From contig JBAUIP010000209.1 in assembly GCA_049683055.1 (NCBI GenBank), positions 1 through 45,778 on the forward strand: a stretch of 45,778 nucleotides of DNA. The letters run 5' to 3'. The stretch's first letter is position 1. Every line of letters starts with the position of its first letter. The DNA comes from Pricia sp. Lineage in GTDB: Bacteria; Bacteroidota; Bacteroidia; Flavobacteriales; Flavobacteriaceae. The translations under genes were made by a program, and so were the position numbers. Under the pieces are notes generated by a model that saw nothing but the letters and a program-made list of their open reading frames with translations, searched no databases and was not told the origin of the DNA. Positions 16,491-25,400 of this stretch are shown here, in pieces.

Positions 16491-19400
16491 TTATTTTACC
16501 ACGAAGACTACGTTGATCAGGGAGTTGTAATCGGCCGGTTGGGCGATGACATCGTAGGTCATTATGCCGGTGGCACTGACGCTCACGTTAGCAAAAACGC
16601 TGGTATCAAACTCCGTTACATAATAATACAGCTCATTGGCGGAATAGGTAGGTATGGCGGCCGGTGCTCCTGCGCTTGCTACCGCTGGGGTTGCAAACTG
16701 GGCAGTATATTGGGAGTACAGGTTTATGGTTCTCCCTGTTCCGCTGCTCGAAGCATCCACCGCAATGGATGGCGGATAGAAGATACGCGCCGCTTTGGAT
16801 GTGATTGGAGCTATTGCCTCGATAACTTCCTGAACGTTGGTTTCGTTGGTAACAGTGGCTTTTCCGGCATCGTCGACATCAATCGGCGTTCTAAGTTCTA
16901 CCTCGTCGTCGAATTGGTCGTCGGTGCCGACGTTGGCGGCATTCACTTCGATAACATCACCATCGGCCTCGACACCCAGTAGGAATGTCTCGGTCCCATT
17001 GATTGTACCTGCTCCGTAATCGGAGAAGCGCACAGTACCTCCCTCTACATCCAATCTAGCATCAGGGCTGGTCGTACCGATTCCGGTATCCCCATTACTG
17101 TTCACTCTAAAGTTGCCTCCGCTATACGTACCGTCCGCGGCACCAATGGCACCCAATGTGATTCCGCCTTCGGACCAAAAATCATTATCGTTGATATCGA
17201 CACCCCAAAGTGGTGCGCCTTCATCCACCTTTCGGCCGGATATCCAATATTTGTTGGCTCCGGGGTCGGTACCAATGCTGGTAAGTTCAACTAAGCTGAA
17301 ACCATCTGCTTCGAAAAAGATGTCATTATTTTTGAATACCTTTAGTATCGAACTGTGACTTTGACCACCACCGCCACGGTCTTGATCTTCAATTGTAAAT
17401 ACATCCTTCTCCCCGAACAGGCCTTCTTCCTGCACAAAATAGAAGGCGTCTTGATTGAGAGCGCTTCGGGCCTCAAAGGTACCGGAGGGGTTGGTCGTAC
17501 CCACGCCGAAAGATCCGTTATTGAAATTTAGGTCTTCGCCGTTCATATCGTAGGTTCGGGTCTCGGCATCTTGGGTCAGGTTGTCGGTGGCGAGGTTGGT
17601 GTTGTTGTCGGCTCGGCCGTCCAGCTCGTCGAGCGCGGCCTTCACGTTGCCTGCGGACAGGCCGGAATCCGTATTGTCATAGTTTACCTCTGCCGCCGTT
17701 TGGATTTCGTTGGTGTCGCTGGAATCGCCGTCGCGGATGTCGATGTCCGTATCGCCGCCTCGTACGAGGGCGATGTTCACGGTCTGGTTCGGTGTGACTA
17801 CCGTACTGCTGATAGCTTGGTTATCAGTGTTCAAGGTCGATTTATCGGCCCAAGTGACCGTTCCGGTAGCGCCTGTGGTCAGAACCTTATCGTTTCCTCC
17901 AGATGCGATTTTAGTCGTGGTAACGGCATTGTTCGCTATTTTGGCATTGGTCACCGCATTGTCCGCAATCTTAGCCGTGGTTACCGCATTGTTCGCTATT
18001 TTAGCACTGGTCACTGCGTTGTTCGCCAGTTGGGTCGTGTTTATCCCGCCGTCGGACACACCAAGAGTATATGGACTTCCTGCAGTTCCGGTTCCGGAAC
18101 GAGTCAAAGTACCGTTAGTTGTGTTGGTTACTTCGTTTCCGATAATCCTGTCCGCATCCGCCGTATTGGAAGCGGCGATGTCTGCATCGAGTTCGTCCAA
18201 GGCAGCCTTTACGTTTATAGCCGATAAGTTGGAATCGGTGTTGTCGTAGGTCACCTCCGAAGCGGTCTGGTCGTCGGTGTTCTGGTTCTGCAGACTGCTG
18301 AGATCTGCCGTTGCGGTGCCACCGTTCTCCAGCGCCACCGTCAACGCGCCGGTTCCCGCGTCGAACTCCGTACCGGGGTCGTCCAGCTGCTGGTCGTCGC
18401 TGCCGATCGAGGAGAGCGGCACGTCGAGGTCGCCACCGCTGTCCGTCAGGCGCAGCACGTCCTGCGTACCGTTATTGGCCACCGCGAAGGCCGTGTTGCG
18501 CTCGTTGGCGGGGTCGGAGTCCGCGTCGTCCACATTGTCGATATCGTCCGCGAAGCCCGCAGGGACGTTCAGGAGGCTGGACCACTCCCCGTCGAAGTCG
18601 TCGGTCGCGTCCGTGTCGTAGCCACTAAGGTCGATTACGGTGTTGTCCGGGTCGCCCGTAAGGGTGATCTCGCCGCCGGTGAAGCGGAGGTCCTGGCTGT
18701 CCGTGTTGTCGGGTACGTCGACCGTGTACGGGTCCGCCGAGGTGCCCGAGCCGTTGACCACCGTGTTCGTGCCGTTGTCCAGCACGGTCTCCGATCCGTC
18801 GATAGCGGGAACGTAGAGCCCGTCGCCGTCGATAGAAAGGGCGTTGCCCGCGTTGGTGCTGACGTCGGCGGAGAACACCGTGCCGACAAGGTCAAGCCCG
18901 TTGCCCGCGGTGTACTGCGTGTCGGCGTCGGTACGGCCCGCCAAGGCCTCGATGGCGCCCTGCACATCGGTCTCGCCCAGTGTGGCGATTGCGTCGTTGA
19001 ATGTAACCTCGCCAGCGTTCTGGTCGTCGCTGCCGATGTCCGAGAGCGGGACGTCGAGGTCGCCGCCGCTGTCCGTCAGTCGCAGCACGTCCCGTGTCCC
19101 ATCGTTGGCCACGGAAAAGGCCGTGTTGCGCTCGTTGGTAGCATCAGTATCGTTGTCAGCGGCATTGCTCGCGGCAAGCTCCGCCAGAGCGCCCTCCACT
19201 TCAGTAGCCGTGAAATTATTCGCTGAGTCGTCGATGTTTACCTCGTCAGCGTCCTGGTCGTCCGTTGCATAAAGTCCGTCGCCATCTATGTTGAGCGCAT
19301 TGCCCGCGTTAGTACTGATGTCGGCCGAGAACTCCGTGCCGGTAAGGTCCAGACCGTCGCCAGCCGTGTACTGTGTGTCGTTGTCCGTGACGTAAAGGCC

Positions 19401-22400
19401 GTCCGCGGCTATGGAAAGGGCGTTATCCGCCGTAGAACTGATTTCCGCAGATACGGTATACTGCGTGTTGTTATCAACAACGCTTGCCACCACGTCGGTG
19501 CCCGGGCCCTCGACCACCGTGGTGGTGAGCTCACTGTCCGTGATGTCCGAGTCCAGTTCGTCCAGGGCGGCCTTCACGTCGCCTGCGGAGAGGCCGGAAT
19601 CCGTATTGTCGTAGGTCACCTGTGCGGCCGTCTGGTCGTCGGTGCCGTCGAAGGAGGTGTCCGTGCCGTTCTCGCTCTCGTAGGTGTATATAATGTTGTC
19701 GGAGGTCGAAAGGGTCGTAACGGTCTCGGCGATATCCACGGATGTGATGCCGGGCTCGGAGATTGTAGCAATCCGGTTGCCCGTTACCGTGTTCGTTACG
19801 CTCACGTCGTCGTCGGTACGGCCCGCAAGTTCCGCCAAAGCGCCCTCCACCTCGGTCGCCGTGAAGTTGTTGCCGGCGTCGTCGATGTTTACCTCGTCAG
19901 CGTCCTGGTCGTCGCTGCCGATGTCGGAAAGCGGCACGTCAAGGTTACCGCCGCTGTCGCTTATCCTCAGCACGTCCTGCGTACCGTCGTTGGCCACTGC
20001 GAATGCCGTGTTGCGCTCGTTGGTCGCGTCGGAGTCGCCGTCCCTGACGTCCACCGTCGCACTGGTGCCGTCGGTGATGGTCACCTCCACGCTCTGGCCG
20101 GCGACGCCGCCCGTTCCGATGCCGAGGTCCTGGTCGTCGGTGTCCAGCGCGTCGACGTAGGCCTTCGTGGCCGCGTCGCTCGCGGCGGTGGGGGTGCCGA
20201 GGCCCGTCAGGACTAGGCCGTTGGCGTCGTTGCCGTCGGCAAGGACCTCCTCGATGTTCTGGATCTCATTGGTCGGGTTCGCGTCGGCATCGTCCACATT
20301 GTCCGTGTCGGGTACGTACAGGCCGTCGCCGTCGATTGTCAGTGCGTTGCCCGCGGTTGTGCTGACGTCTGCCGAGAATACCGTACCAGTCAGATCAAGG
20401 CCGTTACCGGCCGTGTACTGCGTGTCGGCGTCCGTGCGGCCGTCCAGCTCGTCGAGCGCGGCCTCCACGTTACCTGCCGTTAAGCCCGAACCGCTGTTGT
20501 CGTAGGTCACCTGTGCGGCAGTTTGAATCTCGTTGGTGTCGCTGCTGTCGCCGTCGCGGATATCGATTGTCGTGTCGCCTCCTCGTACGAGGGCGATGTT
20601 CACGGTCTGGTTCGGTGTGACTACCGTACTGCTGATGACTTGGTTATCGGTGTTAAGATATGGGCTCAGATCCACCTGGTTCGTAGGCGTGGCCCGATTG
20701 GTAAGCGTCAGGATGTCGCCCGTCAGGTCTAGGTCGCTCAGCTCGTTGGTCGCGCTGTTATCGTTGTTCGTCGGGAAATTCACCGACAGGTTGTAGTCGT
20801 TCGGCAATGGGTTTGTTAAGGTTACCGAGCCGTCGGTCGAGGTCAAGGTCTGGATCTCGTTGCTCGGGTTAGAGTCGGCATCGTCCACGTTGTCCGTATC
20901 GGATACGTAGAGGCCGTCCGCTTCTATGGTCAGGGCATTGCCAGCGGTGGTGCTGATGTCGGCCGAGAAGATGGTGCCGGTCAGGTCGAGCCCGTCACCC
21001 GCGGTGTACTGCGTGTCGGCGTCGGTACGGCCGGCCAGCTCGGCAAGGGCAGCCTCCACATTGTCCGTTGTGAAGTTGTTGCCGCTATCGGCGACCGTTA
21101 CCTCCCCCGCCGTCTGGTCGTCGCTGCCGATGTTCGAGAGCGGCACGTCGAGATTACCGCCGCTGTCGCTGATCCTCAGCACGTCCTGCGTACCGTCGTT
21201 GGCCACCACGAGGGCCGTGTTGCGCTCGTTGGTCGCGTCGAAGTCGCCGTCCCTGACGTCCACCGTCGCGCTCGCGCCGTCGGTGATGGTCACCTCCACG
21301 CTCTGGCCGGCAACGCCGCCCGTCCCAATGCCAAGGTCCTGGTCGTTGGTATCGAGGGCGTCGACGTAGGCCTTCGTCGCCGCGTCGCTCGCGGCTGTCG
21401 GGGCCCCGAGGCCCGTCAGAACGAGGCCGTTCGCGTCGTTACCGTCGGCCAGGACCTCCTCAATGTTCTGTATCTCGTTGGTCGGGTTCGCGTCGGCATC
21501 GTCCACGTTGTCCGTGTCGGGTACGTAAAGGCCGTCGCCGTCTATGGTGAGCGCGTTGCCCGCGTTGGTGCTGACGTCTGCCGAGAAAATAGTGCCGGTC
21601 AGGTCGAGACCGTTGCCCGCCGTGTACTGCGTGTCGTTGTCCGTGTCGGATACGTACAGGCCGTCCGCGTCGATGGTCAGCGCGTTGCCCGCAGTAGTAC
21701 TGATTTCCGCTGACACGGTATATTGTGTATTGTTGTCGACGACGCTTGCGGCCACGTCCGTGCCGGGGCCCTCGACTACCGTGGTAGTGAGCTCGCTGTC
21801 CGTGATGTCGGAGTCCAGTTCGTCCAGAGCGGCCTTCACGTTGACCGCCGTTAGGCCCGAACCGCTATTGTCGTAGGTCACCTGGGCCGAAGTCTGGTCG
21901 TCGGTGCCGTCGAAAGAGGTCGTCGTGCCGTCCTCGGATTCGTAATCGAAGACTCCGTCGGAGTCAGGGTCGCCCAGTGTTGTCACCGTCTCGGCGATGT
22001 CCACAGGTGTAATGCCCGGCTCCGATATCGTCGCGATCCGGTTGCCCGTTACCGTATTCGTTATGCTAACGTCGTCGTCCGTGCGGCCGGCCAGTTCCGC
22101 CAAGGCGCCCTCCACTTCGGTCGCCGCGAAGTTGTTGCCGGCATCGTCGATCCCCACCTCGTCGGCGTCCTGGTCATCCGTATTGAGATACGGGCTCAGA
22201 TCGACCTGGTTCGTAGGCGTGGCCCGATTGGTAAGCGTCAGGATGTCGCCCGTCAGGTCCAGGTCGCTCAGCTCGTTGGTCGCGCTGTTATCGTTGTTCG
22301 CCGGGAAATTTACCGACAGGTTGTAGTCGTTCGGCAATGGGTTCGTTAGGGTCACCGAGCCGTCGGTCGAGGTCAAGGTCTGAATCTCGTTGCTCGGGTT

Positions 22401-25400
22401 AGAGTCGGCATCGTCCGTGTCCAGCGCGTCGACGTAAGCCTTCGTGGCCGCATCGCTCGCGGCGGTGGGGGCACCGAGGCCCGTCAGTACGCGACCGTTC
22501 GCGTCGTTGCCGTCGGCAAGGACCTCCTCGATGTTCTGTATCTCGTTGGCGGGGTTGGCATCGGCGTCGTCCACGTTGTCCGTGTCGGATACGTAAAGGC
22601 CGTCCGCGTCGATGGTCAGGGCGTTGCCCGCGGTGGTGCTGATGTCGGCCGAGAAGACCGTGCCGGTAAGGTCAAGCCCGTCGCCAGCTGTGTACTGCGT
22701 GTCGTTGTCGGTACGGCCGGCAAGTTCCGCAAGGGCACCCTCCACTTCGGTCGCCGTGAAGTTATTCGCCGTGTCGTCAATCGGGACCTCGTCAGCGTCC
22801 TGGTCGTCGGTGCTATTTCCTGCCAGTTCCGCTAATGCATCCTCTACATTTGAAGAGGTGAAGTTGTTCGCGCCATCGGCAATAGCAACCTGAGAGGCGT
22901 TCTGGTCGTCCGTCCCGTCGAACGATGTCGTGGTATTATTTTCCGAGGTGTAGGTATATGTTATGTTATCCGCTGACGAAAGTGTCGTAACTATATCGGC
23001 CGCAGGGGTCGCACTGCCGCCAACCTGTTGCCAGATACCGTCGTAAACGTACAGCTGGCCCGTATCGGTATCAACGTAAGTGGTCCCGTTAGCAGGTGTT
23101 CCTGAAGGCCCCCCCGTACCCGTGGTGGTCAGTTCGTTCGTAGGGTCCATGTCCCCGTCAACATAGTCCACGGTATAGTTGCCGGCCCCGTCGCTTGTAA
23201 CCGTAATATCGTTCGTGCCCACTACCGTCTCCGTATAATCCGAAAGGTCTATCGGCGTCGCGGTCGGGTCGTTGCTCAAGGTAAGGTTATCGCCGGTCAG
23301 GTTCAGATCTTGCAGTTCGTTGGTCGTGTTCTCCGTGAACGTACTGGCGATGACGTAGGGCGTCGCGCTAGATCCGTCACCGGTCACGCTGATGTCCGTC
23401 CCGGCAGTTACCCGGGTCTCCGTGCCGTCGGCGCCCGGTAGCGTTACGCTGTTGGTACCCGTAGCCGGGTTGGTCAAAGTCAGCGTGTTACCGGTAAGGC
23501 TCAGGTCCGTGAGCTCGTTGGTGTCGTCGTTCACGTAGGGGTTCAGATCCACCGTTGTGACGTCGTTGGTCAGGCTCAGTATGTTGCTCGAGTTGAGTTC
23601 CAGGTCCTGGTCGTCGCTGCCGATGTTCGAGAGCGGCACGTCGAGATTGCCGCCGCTGTCGCTTATCCTCAGCACGTCCTGCGTACCGTCGTTGGCCACT
23701 GCGAAGGCCGTGTTGCGCTCGTTGGTCGCGTCAGAGTCGCCGTCCCTGACGTCCACTGTCGCGCTCGCGCCGTCGGTGATGGTCACCTCCACGCTCTGGC
23801 CGGCGACGCCGCCCGTTCCGATGCCGAGGTCCTGGTCATTGGTGTCCAGCGCGTCGACGTATGCCTTCGTGGCTGCGTCGCTCGCGGCTGTAGGGGCCCC
23901 GAGGCCCGTCAGCACAAGGCCGTTCGCGTTGTTGCCGTCGGTTAGGACCTCCTCGATGTTCTGTATCTCGTTGGCGGGGTTCGAGTCCGCATCGTCGACG
24001 TTGTCCACATTGTCGGCGAAGCCCGCTGGGACGTTCAGCAAGCTGGACCACTCCCCGTCGAAGTCGTCCGTGGAATCCGTGTCGAGGTCAGGGAACTCGC
24101 TGTTCACAGCCGTTGCCACCTGGGAGTCGCTCAGCTGGGTATCGGTGTCCGTCGCGTAAAGACCGTTGGCCCGTACCTCAAGCGCGTTGCCCGTGTCGGG
24201 ACTGGCCTCGGCGGAGAACTCCGTGCCCGTCAGCTCCAGGCCGTTGCCGGCGGTGTACTCGGTGTTCGTGTCCGTGGCGAAGAGGCCGTCGGCGTCGACC
24301 GAGATGGCGTTGCCCGGGGCGATGCTCACATCGGCCGTGAACTCGTTAGATCCGTCAAGGGCGAGCCCGTTGCCCGCTGTGTACTGCGTGTCGGCGTCGG
24401 CGCGGCCCGCGAGTTCGGCAAGGGCGCCCTCCACTTCCGTCGCCGTGAAGTTGTTGCCGGCGTCGTCGATGTCCACCTCGTCGGCGTCTTGGTCGTCGGT
24501 ACCGTCAAAGGAGGTGGTCGTGTCGTCCTCCGAGGTGAAGGTATAGGTAGTATTGTCCGCAGTAGAAAGGGTAGTGATGCTCTCGTTGACGTCCACTGGG
24601 GTGATGCCAGGCTCCGATATCGTAGCGATGCGGTTGCCCGTGGCTGTCGTATTGGTCACCGAGACGTCGTCGTCCGAAATGGACGAGACATCAATCAGTA
24701 TCCAAGAGGTAGTGGTCGCATCCCATTGCATCAGTTGTCCGTCAGTTGTACCGTCCGCCAGTTTGGCGAGCGTAACGCTTTCGTCGGCAAGTTCGTTCGT
24801 ATCGATACCGCCGGCTGAAACCCTTAGTTGAAGTGGGTCACTAGTGGATCCTGCCCCGGAAAGGGTTAAGGTCCCGTTACTTACGCCCGTTACCTCGTTG
24901 CCTACGATTCCGTCGTTCTCGGTAACGGTTACGGAACCAAGATCGACCAAGGTCCATTCCGAAGTCCCGGCGTCCCATTGTATAACCTGGCCGTCAAGTG
25001 TACCATCTGCAATGTTTTCAAGGCGTACCGCATCATCGGCCAATTTTGTGTTGTCTATCGCATCGGCCCCAATCTTTGCATTGGTAACGGCCAAATCGGC
25101 GATTTCGTTAGTCTCCACAGCGTCGTCGCTCAAATCGATGACCCCGGTGTTACTGATAGTAGCGTCACCGCTCGCGGTCACTCCCGTAGCCGTGTTCGAA
25201 GGATTGCCTACAAATATCTGTCCATCATTAAGTGTGGTCGCGCCGTTCACCTGTGCGTCAACATAGGTCTTTACCGCGTTCTGAGTAGGGTAATCAGTGT
25301 CCGAGTTACCTAGATTAGTATCCGTGGACTTGTTCGCTATGTTCTCCTTCTCCGTGTCAAGCTCGTCCAGAGCGGTCTTTACGTTACCGGACGCAAGGCC

